DNA of 64,000 nucleotides from an uncultured Candidatus Berkelbacteria bacterium (GCA_963698075.1 OY969116.1:83881-147880), one strand, 5' to 3'; positions 45,251 to 55,468 are shown, counted from the first letter of the stretch. Notes: generated by a model from the sequence alone, not told the origin. Numbers and translations: made by a program.

Positions 45251-45832
45251 CTAGTTAGTATAGAAAGTCTCCGGAAAATTGCTGAGAACGTCTTCAACGA
45301 CTTGCCTTTCTTCTTGACTAAGTGTCTTCATTGTCCACTTATCGTTGATATGGCCATACCGCACAATGTCAATTGAACATTCGTCAAGAACGATATCAAC
45401 TCCGGTCGGTCGGAAACCTTGATGTTCGTAAAACCTGATGGATAGGTATGGCATAGAGAGTTGTTCTTGTCTCACCTGGTGAGGGGTTAACCAGCGGATC
45501 GGCGCGTTGATATCAGCTTTATCCATCTTTAGGTGATAGTCGTTGACGACTACATAGTTCACAGCACCGTCACCATCCAAGTAGAAAAAGGCCCAGCCAG
45601 CGGTTTTGAGGTTGTTATGGATTAGTATTCCCTTGGAGACACCGACTATCGGTCTACTGATGACCAGAGGATAAACCTCACGAAAGCCATTAACCACGAC
45701 GGATCTATGAAAAATGGTCGAGCAAAGATAGTGACGGTGATACAGGCGGCGGCTAGAAATGACAATCAAGAACAAGGCCGCAGCAAAAATGACGATCGTC
45801 ATCCAGTTGAGAAAAGTGAGTTTCCGTAACAC
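45251..45832 (-). CDS. hypothetical membrane-anchored protein (193 aa)
   Basis: N-terminal TM; no recognised motif. Confidence 0.45.
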   Translation of the reverse strand: MLRKLTFLNWMTIVIFAAALFLIVISSRRLYHRHYLCSTIFHRSVVVNGFREVYPLVISRPIVGVSKGILIHNNLKTAGWAFFYLDGDGAVNYVVVNDYHLKMDKADINAPIRWLTPHQVRQEQLSMPYLSIRFYEHQGFRPTGVDIVLDECSIDIVRYGHINDKWTMKTLSQEERQVVEDVLSNFPETFYTN

Positions 45833-46009
45833 CTGGCTTACCTCCCGTGGCAGTCTATTTAAAATCTATCCTAATAATAGGAAGAAGTCAATAGCCAAAA
45901 CACCCTTCAGCAGGCTCTAAGAGGCCTAAATTAGGGACTTTTATATAGAGATATAGATAACTGCATGAAAATAGTAGTTTATTGGTTAAGGTAAAGAAGC
46001 TGGTTTGGG

Positions 46010-46408
46010 TTAGGAATATGGTTTAGAGTGTTTAAAATTATTCCAAGCCATTCTCAGCTTGTAGATTTGTCGGCTGGACTTATCGTAGCTTATTACTAGT
46101 TGATCTATTAATCTTTCCTCTATTCCATAAATATCACGACATTCCTCTAAACTAACAATGGTCTCATTGCATTCGCTTAAAGCATCATCTAAATACTTCT
46201 GAAAACCTGCTTTTTGATGACGTTTGCCATAACCTTCGGCAATTAATCTAGGGATAGTCTTGCATGACCGGCTTAGTTGGTCTGCTAAATCATATTTTTC
46301 GTTTTCGGGTAATTTCGGAATAACTTGTTTCATAACGATTAACATATCTTTATAAGTATTTTGATAGACTTCAAGATCTCTAAAACTTCGAATTGGTTTC
46401 TTTTCCAT
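46010..46408 (-). CDS. four-helix-bundle protein (the family found in 23S-rRNA intervening sequences)
   Basis: FRDLEVYQ...IPKLPENEKYDLADQLSRS...RLIAEGYG pattern. Confidence 0.7.
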   Translation of the reverse strand: MEKKPIRSFRDLEVYQNTYKDMLIVMKQVIPKLPENEKYDLADQLSRSCKTIPRLIAEGYGKRHQKAGFQKYLDDALSECNETIVSLEECRDIYGIEERLIDQLVISYDKSSRQIYKLRMAWNNFKHSKPYS

Positions 46409-46445
46409 TCAACCTTACCTTTTTTACCTAACTAGCATCCTGACC

Positions 46446-47552
46446 TTAACCGTTTTGTGTTTCTATTTTAACCTTATCGAAAACATCAGGTGGAACGATT
46501 TCATACCAGAACTGACCGGGTAAGAATTTGATCTCCGCTCCCGAAGAATCATAAAACTTGGTTCTTGATTTCAAATCCTGCTTTTTCCAGGTGGCCTCGA
46601 TTTCCTTGCCGCCATAAAAAACTAAGGCTTTCCCCTCGCCAATCGTGTCAAAAGTCCAGCTGTCTTCATTGATTCGCGTAAAACCAGGATGCCGTTCGAC
46701 TGCTTGAATAATAATATTCGTTGGTGCTAGCTGGTTACCGGTGACGGCATCTTTGTGGGGGTAGCCAGCTAGAAAACGTTGATAATTATTGTTGGACGAA
46801 TTACTCGCATTATATTCATAAGTAACTTTATATGAGGCGCTCGAGAAATTGATGGTTATTTTTTGGCTTAGGCCTGCCTCAACATTAGAGCTTTTCGAGG
46901 ATAAAAACTTAAAGCTTTCAAAATTTCCTTTCATATCCCAGCCTTTATCTTGAGCAACCTTATAGAGTTTGGCTGTTGAGGTATACATAGTGTGTTCAAC
47001 CGCTTTGCCTCGTTCAGGCTCGCGCCAGTAAGCTTTTTCACCCACGGCGAATTGATCTAAATCCAAGGCGCTTTCCACTGGGATTCGGTCCAAAGCATCA
47101 ATGTTGCCACCAACATGGCCCAAAAATGCATTATACTCCCAGGCCCAATCCAAGAAGAAAGTCCGCATCGAACGGACCGGGCCGACCTTGGTAGCTTCGC
47201 GCGGACCGTAAATGGCCATAAAGCGGGTGATCCCGCCTTCAGTGATGGCTTCATAGATAATTGAGGCTTTATCTAAACCAACCTGAGGCCGGGCATTAGG
47301 ATGATTTTCGATAATGATCGCCAAGGGGTGACGGTTGGCCAAGGATTTTTCAACCTCGGTTCCGTCGAGGGGGTTGACGGTTGTTTCCGGTTTTGGAGTT
47401 TTTCTCGTAATGATATTCGGCAAACCATCAGGCACCTTGAGGATATATTGTTTATAGGCGACAAAACCGGCCGCGCCCAGGGCGAAACCAAAAATTAGGG
47501 CAATAATAAATGTAATAATCTTTTTCCGTCTAAGTTTTCTCAAAGGATCCAT
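46446..47552 (-). CDS. DUF3048-domain lipoprotein-like protein (YerB-like)
   Basis: PLAIIIENHPNARPQVGLDKASIIYEAITEGGITRFMAI; ATG 47552 preceded by GGAGGTGA. Confidence 0.7.
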   Translation of the reverse strand: MDPLRKLRRKKIITFIIALIFGFALGAAGFVAYKQYILKVPDGLPNIITRKTPKPETTVNPLDGTEVEKSLANRHPLAIIIENHPNARPQVGLDKASIIYEAITEGGITRFMAIYGPREATKVGPVRSMRTFFLDWAWEYNAFLGHVGGNIDALDRIPVESALDLDQFAVGEKAYWREPERGKAVEHTMYTSTAKLYKVAQDKGWDMKGNFESFKFLSSKSSNVEAGLSQKITINFSSASYKVTYEYNASNSSNNNYQRFLAGYPHKDAVTGNQLAPTNIIIQAVERHPGFTRINEDSWTFDTIGEGKALVFYGGKEIEATWKKQDLKSRTKFYDSSGAEIKFLPGQFWYEIVPPDVFDKVKIETQNG

Positions 47553-47554
47553 TT

Positions 47555-48631
47555 TCACCTCCACGCAAGTATCGTCGCTCCCTCGTCAAGGTTAACAATT
47601 TTTTGACTTGAGGATTTATCAGTCTTACTAATGTAGATGCCGTCGCCTGCCTTTAAATAACCAACCTCCTCGCCGTCAGGAGAAATCACTGGCCCCTGGT
47701 TTTTATTGTCACCCGTCAACTGAATTCGATTGCTGCCATCTGTTTTAGCGGTATAAATATTACTGCCTGATTGGCCGTGAACCTCATAGACTAAGAACTC
47801 ACCCTGAGGATCAACTTGGAAAGTAATAACCTGATTAGGCGCGACCAAATCAGTTAAATCCAAGGCATTTTTACCGTCTAAGTCAGCGCGAAAAATATTT
47901 GTTCCTTCTGATGATTGGAGAAGATAGATGATAGTGGTTTCTGAGCAAGTGGCAAATTCTAAAATATCACCAACCAAGATTTTTTCGGCTTGGCCTTGAG
48001 TAATTTGTTGGCTCCAGCAACCATTAGTCGTCTGATTTTTCGTACAATAAATAATCTTTTGGCCGTTTTTGGTCCAGGAATAATCACTCAGTTGAAGGTT
48101 TGAAGGGATTAATAACTCGTCAATCTTTCCGTCAACTAAATTTTTGACAAAGATAGTTTCGTTTTCGTTTTTGGCGGCGATAAAGGCCAACTTAGTTCCC
48201 AAGGGAGAGTATTTCGGCGCTCGAAAATCTTGCCAGCCGGCTAAATCTGTTTGTCCTCGAGTCGCCACGATCGTTGCGAGATGACTCGCCGTCTCAACCT
48301 CCCAAATTTCTAAAGAACCCTGATTATTCTTAGAATCATAGACAATCTTGGACCCATTGGGTGATGAATCAAGATGAAAAACCTCCCCTGTTGATTGGTA
48401 ACGCTGGACCCGATCGCCGGTCGCTGCCTCCAAGTTCAAATCAGGACTGGCTCGGAAAAGATTATTACCCTGGCCATAATAGATGAAACCAGCCGCACTT
48501 CGCGTCTCGATTGTCTCTGGTTGGGCGCCTGAGGCTAAAAATTTGCCCAGATATTTATTATAAAAAATAAATCCCACGAGGATAAAAATGGCGAAATAAG
48601 CGGCAAAAAGAACCCAAGTTAATTTATTCAT
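47555..48631 (-). CDS. membrane-anchored TolB-like beta-propeller (PD40 repeats) protein
   Basis: repeated Y.S/DG..I.Y-type blades; N-terminal TM. Confidence 0.6.
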   Translation of the reverse strand: MNKLTWVLFAAYFAIFILVGFIFYNKYLGKFLASGAQPETIETRSAAGFIYYGQGNNLFRASPDLNLEAATGDRVQRYQSTGEVFHLDSSPNGSKIVYDSKNNQGSLEIWEVETASHLATIVATRGQTDLAGWQDFRAPKYSPLGTKLAFIAAKNENETIFVKNLVDGKIDELLIPSNLQLSDYSWTKNGQKIIYCTKNQTTNGCWSQQITQGQAEKILVGDILEFATCSETTIIYLLQSSEGTNIFRADLDGKNALDLTDLVAPNQVITFQVDPQGEFLVYEVHGQSGSNIYTAKTDGSNRIQLTGDNKNQGPVISPDGEEVGYLKAGDGIYISKTDKSSSQKIVNLDEGATILAWR

Positions 48632-48666
48632 CGCTAAATTTAAATGGATTTAAAATCCATTTTTTA

Positions 48667-50013
48667 TTACTTTTTCTCCTCACGAATTATGGGAAAAACA
48701 ATGGTAAATTGGGAGCCGACGTTTTCCATCGAATCAACGTAAATTTCGCCATTCATGCGATGGACCAATTCTCGGGTAATCCAAAGTCCCAAGCCTGTTC
48801 CGGGGATATCCATGGTTTTTTCATTCTGGATGCGGTAGAATTTTTCAAATAAGCGTTTTCTATCCTCTGGTGACATGCCGACACCCGTATCTTTAATCAT
48901 CGTTTTTAGATGTTCCTGATCGACCTGGTGAAAGATCTGAATGCCGCCTTTGAACGTATATTTGATGGCATTCCCAATGATATTATCAAGAATTTGGGCG
49001 AGACGGTCGGGATCGACAAAAATTTTCGCTCTGGGCTCGGGGAGCGGCTGATAGCTAATTTTGAGTTTCTTCTCTTCGGCTTTGACCTGAAGCTCATCAG
49101 CCACCTGACTGATAACCTTCGCCGCATCAACTGGTTGCATGTCAAATTGAACTCTTCCCTGTTCGAGGCGAGAAACATCCAGCAGCTCATTGACAAGAAC
49201 ATCTAATCTTTTAACATTGGCAAAGGCTTTTTCCACGTGTTCTTTGGTTTTCTGATCAATTTTTCCCACCACCCCTTCAAGAATCATGGATAAGTAACCT
49301 TTAATCGCCGCCATCGGCGTTTTAAGCTCGTGGGAAGCAATCGAGATGAAATCGTCTTTCATTTTGTCAACTTCTTTTAGACGCCGAAAGAGGACGGCAT
49401 ATTCAAAAAAGCGGAAATGATTGACCAAAAGCAGCAAAACAAAAAAGACGGTAATGACTAAAATAATTAGCGACTGAGAAAGCGTTTTTCTGGTCAAGGC
49501 GTCAATATCTTTCAGAGACACCCGCATATCAACTAAGGCCTTGGCCTCCCCGTTTGGATCTTTGAGGGGGGTAATGACCACCCAGTATCGTTCTTGCATT
49601 CCTGTGTCTGAGGCTAAAGAGGCAATTGATTTGTCCTCGACCCAAGCGATGGTATTTTGTAAAGATTTATAGATGAGACCCAAATTTTTAGATTCAGAAC
49701 TGGCGACGACTAAAAAGCCATCTTCTTGGGGCTCAAGGACAGTGATTTCCTTAAATTCGGTTGAGGTTTTGGTGATCTCATCAATTTTGGTTTGCAAAGC
49801 GGCATCATTGCCTAAAGAGTCAGCGACCGCCCCAGCAAAGACTTCTTCGGCGAGCGTCGCCTTGCGTTGCAGTTCGGCATCCATATTTTTTTGAGTATTA
49901 TGAATTTCCCACAAAGTATTGCCGACAATCGCCACCGGAATGAAAATTATCAAAACTAAGGAATAAATAAATTGAAAGTTTTCTTTCAAAAACGAAGGTT
50001 TTTCAGACGGCAC
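48667..50013 (-). CDS. sensor histidine kinase
   Basis: H-box SHELKTP; G-boxes GTGLGL and N-box; two TM helices. Confidence 0.85.
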   Translation of the reverse strand: MPSEKPSFLKENFQFIYSLVLIIFIPVAIVGNTLWEIHNTQKNMDAELQRKATLAEEVFAGAVADSLGNDAALQTKIDEITKTSTEFKEITVLEPQEDGFLVVASSESKNLGLIYKSLQNTIAWVEDKSIASLASDTGMQERYWVVITPLKDPNGEAKALVDMRVSLKDIDALTRKTLSQSLIILVITVFFVLLLLVNHFRFFEYAVLFRRLKEVDKMKDDFISIASHELKTPMAAIKGYLSMILEGVVGKIDQKTKEHVEKAFANVKRLDVLVNELLDVSRLEQGRVQFDMQPVDAAKVISQVADELQVKAEEKKLKISYQPLPEPRAKIFVDPDRLAQILDNIIGNAIKYTFKGGIQIFHQVDQEHLKTMIKDTGVGMSPEDRKRLFEKFYRIQNEKTMDIPGTGLGLWITRELVHRMNGEIYVDSMENVGSQFTIVFPIIREEKK

Positions 50014-51127
50014 TCGGCTCCTTAATTGGTGAGTTCGTTGTTCTCATTTTCTTTATTTTTTTAAAATAGAGAATAATTACCATGACTAAAATTGCCAGCG
50101 CGACCAGCCCCCCAGCCAGATAAAGATAATTTTTGAGCGCCTGTTTTTGGGGGTCAATCAGATTCAAAGAGGCGCCGGTAGGATTGTCAGTGCCCGCTTG
50201 AGCCCGAGCAATGGCGAAAGGATAGGGACCCGACTGGACAATTTGGCCGTCTTGGTTTACTTCGATGTAAACTTCGTGCTGACCTGGTTCTAAGGGCTTT
50301 TCCAGAATGTATTGCCAATCACCTGACGAATCAGCTTTCGCGGTCATGACTAAAGGCTGTGATTTGATGGTAATTTTAAGATATGAATCAGCAAAAGACT
50401 TTCCCGAAAAAAGGAGGAATTTTTGGTTATTGGTCGTTTGGCGCCCATCAATTTTGGTCAAATGCAAGGGTTTATCTTGGTCAAGCTTAAATTCGATCGT
50501 CGCCAACACTTGAGAACTGGCGATCATTTCTTGAAGGGAGGTGGTGGTTGAGGGGGTGGGTGTCGTTGCCGGTATTGCCACGGGAATGGGTGATAAATCC
50601 GGTCGGCCAACAATGGGACGCATGGAGGTGGTCATTGAAGGAGATGGGGTTGGTGTCGATGTAGGGGTGACTTTAGGCGAGGACGAGGGACTTTTGTTGG
50701 TGGTCGCGTGCGTGGGGGTGGGAGAGGGTGTGATGGGTAAAGTATGGGTGCCGTTACTAACCTTTACCGTAACACCCGAAGAGTAATAAGTGATTCCACT
50801 TATCTGGGCCGCGGTTTTTATCAGGTGGAGTCCGTCGGGCACTTGGGTAGTATCCCAAGAACAAACATAACTTGGAAAAGTGGTTTGAGTACAGCTGGCG
50901 TTGGTTGGACCAGTCTCGCTATCAAGATAAAGTCCAATCCAAGATGTCGTCATTATTACTGATCCGCCTACATTGACCGTCCCTGCCAGGGGTGGATCGT
51001 TGCTCGTCGGATAATCAATTTTGATGTAATCCGGCTGGGCCGAGGCGACACCAAAGATGGTGAAGTTAAGGGTAAGAAGAAAAAGAACAAGAATAAACCC
51101 GCTTGAAAACCTTGAGATCCTTTTCAT
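50003..51127 (-). CDS. cell-surface protein: signal peptide, Ig-like domains, Thr/Pro/Ser-rich linker, C-terminal TM anchor
   Basis: composition and hydrophobic termini. Confidence 0.5.
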   Translation of the reverse strand: MKRISRFSSGFILVLFLLTLNFTIFGVASAQPDYIKIDYPTSNDPPLAGTVNVGGSVIMTTSWIGLYLDSETGPTNASCTQTTFPSYVCSWDTTQVPDGLHLIKTAAQISGITYYSSGVTVKVSNGTHTLPITPSPTPTHATTNKSPSSSPKVTPTSTPTPSPSMTTSMRPIVGRPDLSPIPVAIPATTPTPSTTTSLQEMIASSQVLATIEFKLDQDKPLHLTKIDGRQTTNNQKFLLFSGKSFADSYLKITIKSQPLVMTAKADSSGDWQYILEKPLEPGQHEVYIEVNQDGQIVQSGPYPFAIARAQAGTDNPTGASLNLIDPQKQALKNYLYLAGGLVALAILVMVIILYFKKIKKMRTTNSPIKEPSAV

Positions 51128-51172
51128 ATCCCTCCTTTAAACTAATATCTCAAAAACACCCCTCGGAATTTA

Positions 51173-51598
51173 TCATACCATAATTTTTAATTCTTCAAAA
51201 GCTTTTTGGAGGATGCCCAAACTATCTTTTTTATAGCCGAGAACTGCCTTGGCCTCCTGTGGCGAGAACCATCGGGCATCCTTGATTTCTACTGTTTGCG
51301 GCCTCAATCTGACTTTCGAAGGCGCTTCGATAAGAAAAAAGTAGACGTACTTATGATAAGTTTCCTTATTGAGTTTAAACCAGTAATCGATTTTATCGAG
51401 TAATTTCACCACCTTGATGTTTTTAATGCCGATTTCTTCGATTGTCTCCCTTTTGGCGGCAGTTTCTGGTTTTTCGCCTTTTTCAATGTGTCCCTTGGGA
51501 AAGGTCCATCGACCATAAGAGTCCAGAATTAAACCAAAACTAAAACTATTGCCGATTTTTTTATAGATAATTCCACCTGCAGAAAATTCGAGTTTCAT
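51173..51598 (-). CDS. NUDIX hydrolase
   Basis: GHIEKGEKPETAAKRETIEEIGI Nudix box. Confidence 0.75.
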   Translation of the reverse strand: MKLEFSAGGIIYKKIGNSFSFGLILDSYGRWTFPKGHIEKGEKPETAAKRETIEEIGIKNIKVVKLLDKIDYWFKLNKETYHKYVYFFLIEAPSKVRLRPQTVEIKDARWFSPQEAKAVLGYKKDSLGILQKAFEELKIMV

Positions 51599-51605
51599 AG
51601 GAAAT

Positions 51606-52766
51606 CTACATCAATTTAATCGAATTAATGAGGTTATTATACCAAGCTCCACCATCGCCCATTTCCTCGGCTGGAGCAGTGTAAGTAACAATCATAATTT
51701 TTTCACCGCGAGAAAGGTAAGTCGCTATCGCCGGTTGATTGTTGGTCAATTCCTGCTGATAAGCTGTGTGACTATCAACAATAATTTCCTTAGCAGCATT
51801 TTTTTCATTGGTGGCGACGGCATTGGCCTCGACCCAAGATTTTAAAGTTTTTCCATTGGCGTCTTGAAAATTAATTTCGATTCGAAAACCGGTCAGGGCG
51901 CCGGCGAGAGATTCATTATTGGCGGCAAAGACAATTTCCTCGGCTGTTGGTGAGGTTGTTGAAGCCAACCAACCGTTGGGATATTTTAAGGAAAAATTAT
52001 AGAGTGTTGAGGAGTATGTTGACCAAAGATTAACATCCAAACTCGGACTTTCCTCAGCGGCTCCAGTCGCTGAACTGGGACTGGGGGAGACCTTAGTTTC
52101 TGAAGCCAAGGTTTTCAACCGGTCCCAATAGCGAAAGCCGAAAAAACCGCCAGAAGCACCGATAATGAGGGCCAAGATGGCCAGGATAATAATCGTTGTC
52201 GCCGGAGAACCAGGCCTCGTTTTAATCGGCGCTCCGCCAGCCGGTGGGGGTGGCTCACCCGGTCCAGCCGGTTGGCTGACAAGTGTCGGCGACACGGGAA
52301 TTTTGGGAGCTTCCGTGGTCGGCTGTTCGTTGGTGCGGCTGCGGTCATAGGTTTTAATCGGAATATCGGTCGTCGAGGCTTCAATTTTTCCCTCATCGCT
52401 CGGCGGACTTTTCGGAGCCGGCGGCGGTGAAGTCGGTGGCGGAACATTCTCTTTTTCTTTTTTTTGGCCGGGAATCTCGATTTTGGGGCTAGAGACGGAA
52501 ATTTTCGCGGTCTCGTCAGGCTTTTTCTCTTCCAACTCTACTCCAATTTTAGGATTGCCGACGCCAATTTTATCCTCGGCAGGTGTTGCCCCCGTGGTTG
52601 GTGGAGAAGGAGCAGGGGGAGCAGGAGTCGGTGTCGAACCTGGGGTCGGCGAAGGCGTTACTGGCGGGACGGCCTGGGGCGAGGGTGTTGGCGGTGGGGG
52701 TGGTTGATTTAATTTAACTTGATCTTTTTTGTCATCTGTCGATTGGGTTGGAGAACCTATATTCAT
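51606..52766 (-). CDS. Pro-rich N-terminus, single TM, extracellular C-terminal domain; hypothetical
   Basis: PPPPTPSP... then a TM helix IIILAILALIIGASGGFFGF. Confidence 0.5.
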   Translation of the reverse strand: MNIGSPTQSTDDKKDQVKLNQPPPPPTPSPQAVPPVTPSPTPGSTPTPAPPAPSPPTTGATPAEDKIGVGNPKIGVELEEKKPDETAKISVSSPKIEIPGQKKEKENVPPPTSPPPAPKSPPSDEGKIEASTTDIPIKTYDRSRTNEQPTTEAPKIPVSPTLVSQPAGPGEPPPPAGGAPIKTRPGSPATTIIILAILALIIGASGGFFGFRYWDRLKTLASETKVSPSPSSATGAAEESPSLDVNLWSTYSSTLYNFSLKYPNGWLASTTSPTAEEIVFAANNESLAGALTGFRIEINFQDANGKTLKSWVEANAVATNEKNAAKEIIVDSHTAYQQELTNNQPAIATYLSRGEKIMIVTYTAPAEEMGDGGAWYNNLINSIKLM

Positions 52767-52853
52767 AAAACCTCCTCCTACCTATTATACTCCTTTTACA
52801 AAAAATCAACAAATCTGGGCTTGCCCCGTTAGATAGCTTCACATCTAATGGAG

Positions 52854-52882
52854 CTTGACAAAAAAGATGTGTTATTCTATAA
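52854..52882 (+). promoter_or_regulatory. perfect sigma70 promoter TTGACA-17-TATAAT
   Basis: hexamers at 52854-52859 and 52877-52882. Confidence 0.55.
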
Positions 52883-52888
52883 TAAAGG

Positions 52889-53283
52889 TTGACTTCAGAG
52901 TTATTTTTGGACCAGTACGCTGGTAGGGGCACCCGTCCCATCACCCGATCCCCCTCTCGGGACGCCCTGCCAGTAGTGCTGGTCCACTGTTTGGGCAACG
53001 CCTAGGACGTTGCCCTACTCGGGAGGCCCAGGTCGACACCCCCCTCGCCCCGGCTTGTGCCTCCCCCGCCGATAACGGTGACAGGCACCGTCTTCGACCG
53101 TTGCGCGCTTCACCGCAGGCCCTCTGCGCAACACGGTCGATCAGCGCCCGCGAGCGAGACCTGGTGCTCCGCTCGCACCTTTCACCCGCGGCGCCCAGCG
53201 CCGCGAGCACCTCGCGACAGGTTCATGACGCCCTCTCGCGAGCCGCCCTCGGGTCCATCTGGACCCGAGGGCGCTTTTTGTAT
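52889..53283 (+). ncRNA. unclassified GC-rich (~68%) structured RNA candidate, ~390 nt, with a strong intrinsic terminator
   Basis: terminator GCCCTCGGGTCC-ATCT-GGACCCGAGGGC plus T5 (53245-53279); many internal GC hairpins; ORFs are Arg/Ala-rich junk. Confidence 0.35.
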
Positions 53284-53301
53284 TCGAGGACTTTCAAAAT
53301 C

Positions 53302-53805
53302 TTATTTAGTTCCAATCACAATGACGATATCGTATTGAGTTTCTTGGCTGAAATTTTGGGTTTTAGCGTTATAGGATTTTAGAACTAAAGCTAGATCATT
53401 GGCATAATTTTGGTAAGCCGGCTGATAGTAAATAATAGTTTGATCATATAAATTTAAGGCATTTTCTGTGACCGTGACATTAAAACCGGCGGTTTTTAAA
53501 GCGTCGCGGACTTTTTGGCTTTCCTCGACGCGGCCGGTGCCGTTTAAGAGTTTAATCGTCACGTTGGCTTGAGTTTTGTTAGCCGGGCTGGCACTAGTGG
53601 TACTCGGGCTCGCCGGCGGACTAGTTTTGTTGACGCTTTCATTAGAAAGCGGGATTTTACTAGCGCCTAAAAAAACGATAAAAAAAGCTGCCAGCACCGC
53701 TAAAAAGAAGAACCAAGAAACGTTCGCTCGACGTTCCTTTTTTTCCTTAGGTTTTAGCTTACGAGTGTGTTTTCTCGGTGGTAAAATGTCCCAAATTCTT
53801 GCCAT
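53302..53805 (-). CDS. LytR_C (LytR/CpsA/Psr C-terminal domain) protein with N-terminal TM
   Basis: VTIKLLNGTGRVEESQKVRDALKTAGFNVTV...; preceded by a GC-rich, structured ~110-nt leader (53806-53925). Confidence 0.6.
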   Translation of the reverse strand: MARIWDILPPRKHTRKLKPKEKKERRANVSWFFFLAVLAAFFIVFLGASKIPLSNESVNKTSPPASPSTTSASPANKTQANVTIKLLNGTGRVEESQKVRDALKTAGFNVTVTENALNLYDQTIIYYQPAYQNYANDLALVLKSYNAKTQNFSQETQYDIVIVIGTK

Positions 53806-53977
53806 GGTTGACTTTTGTTTCAATATCGACCTCGGGGTATCCCTCGCTCTCGGGGACCCACTCCAGCCCTGTCTTGAATTCGCCTTCGGCGATTCGGGAC
53901 GCCCCCACTTCGCTCGGGACACACCCTCGGTCTCTCTATTTTCCAGTCCTACTCACTAAATCACTACTCACTATCTT

Positions 53978-54907
53978 TTATGCCCAATTAATTTGCTCAA
54001 GGTAAGTCCGATGCGGTTTGAACTTAAAATGGAAACGGCTTGGATCTTGGCCAATAACTTTGATATTTTCTTGGATTTTTTGGGCACCCAGAAGATTTAA
54101 GTAGCCGATTTGTAACGGATTAAAACCTATTAATTCGGTCGTCAAAACGTCGGCCGCCAGGGCGTTGAGCGAGGCGACGGCAAAGTGGGTTTCGAGCATC
54201 TGCCCCCCAACTGGACCATCACCCTCCATCCCCTGCCAGCCGTCAATGACGGCCAAGTGCGGCCGAGTGTATTTGGCTAATTCAACCAAGGAGCGATTAA
54301 TCGCCGGCGCGCCCTGATGGATGAGATTTTTATCATCACCTAAAATTGATCCGACGGCAAAATTTTTGATTGACAAAGTGACAATGACTGAATCATGGGT
54401 TTTGGGGGTTGAAACTGAAATTCGAAACGGGGCTTCGGCCACGGTATTGGCGATCTTTACCCGAACTGGTTTTAAGTTTTGATCAAAAACATCAACATAA
54501 ATCGCATCTGCAAAATTTAGGTCCAAAAATTCTAAATTGGGAAACTCGCTTTTGAGCCGGTTGTAGCCATAATTTTGGAAAGCCTCAAAAGTATTTTCCG
54601 CTGAGCCCTCGGCTAAAACGATTTTTCCTTCCCAAAGTGGGGTTAAAAATTCTAAAACCGCCTTGAGCGCTTCCGGATGAGTGGCGCATTTTTTGACTGT
54701 AGCAACCACGCAGCTCGGTTTAATTAAAATATAATCATAATCGGGATTAAGTTGGTCGATCGCGCCATTAAGATCTTCTTTGATCAAATCAAGGGCCTTA
54801 TAAACCGTTTGGTAACGGTCTTTCTCGCTTGAAAGCGCGACCTCATTGGTTTCTTTGAGTTTGAGTTTGGTTAATTCAGCATGGCTAATAATCATGGTTT
54901 TAAGCAA
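53978..54907 (-). CDS. DUF362-domain protein
   Basis: pattern recall only. Confidence 0.5.
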   Translation of the reverse strand: MLKTMIISHAELTKLKLKETNEVALSSEKDRYQTVYKALDLIKEDLNGAIDQLNPDYDYILIKPSCVVATVKKCATHPEALKAVLEFLTPLWEGKIVLAEGSAENTFEAFQNYGYNRLKSEFPNLEFLDLNFADAIYVDVFDQNLKPVRVKIANTVAEAPFRISVSTPKTHDSVIVTLSIKNFAVGSILGDDKNLIHQGAPAINRSLVELAKYTRPHLAVIDGWQGMEGDGPVGGQMLETHFAVASLNALAADVLTTELIGFNPLQIGYLNLLGAQKIQENIKVIGQDPSRFHFKFKPHRTYLEQINWA

Positions 54908-55404
54908 AACCTCCAGGGTAACTTAGCCGACCTTCCGGCATACTCGACTCCAATCCGAGTTGACTGCCTAATATCTTTCGGCAAAATTATAACTCCCCTA
55001 TCTTCAATATAAAGGTCGCTTCTGGTTAAATCAAGGCCGTTGTCTTTTCGGGTAATCCCAAAATATCGACAAAGCTTTCCCGGCCCATTGGAGTAAGCGT
55101 TATCAATGGCCCGAATTAAGATTGCGGAGGGAAAACTGCTTTTTTCAGTGGTGATATTAAGGCAGTGGTAAATGCCATAAATGAGATAGACGTAAGCAAA
55201 ACCACCTTGTTTGAACATGACTTGGTTACGACGGGTCATTCCCCGGGCCGCATGGCAGGCCTGATCATCTTGACCAATATAGGCCTCAACTTCAATGATT
55301 TTGCCCGCCCTTTTGCCAAAGACTAAATATTTTCCGAGTAAGTTGCGGGCGACCTTAAGCGTGGGCCGGATGTAAAATGAGCGTTTATATCGTATTCGTT
55401 TCAT
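54892..55404 (-). CDS. DNA-3-methyladenine glycosylase (AAG/Mpg family)
   Basis: GKIIEVEAYIGQDDQACHAARGMTRRNQVMF...GFAYVYLIYG. Confidence 0.7.
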   Translation of the reverse strand: MKRIRYKRSFYIRPTLKVARNLLGKYLVFGKRAGKIIEVEAYIGQDDQACHAARGMTRRNQVMFKQGGFAYVYLIYGIYHCLNITTEKSSFPSAILIRAIDNAYSNGPGKLCRYFGITRKDNGLDLTRSDLYIEDRGVIILPKDIRQSTRIGVEYAGRSAKLPWRFCLKP

Positions 55405-55439
55405 AGAAATATCGTAACACAAAAACCGAGTGTTAGGCC

Positions 55440-55468
55440 TTGACATTTTATATAAGATGTGATATAAT
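55440..55468 (+). promoter_or_regulatory. perfect sigma70 promoter TTGACA-17-TATAAT
   Basis: hexamers at 55440-55445 and 55463-55468. Confidence 0.55.

Noticed and set aside
52941-53382. ORFs 52941-53210 (-), 53057-53338 (+) and 53101-53382 (+)
   Set aside because: These Arg/Ala/Pro-rich translations of a 68% GC region run through the intrinsic terminator and have no RBS.
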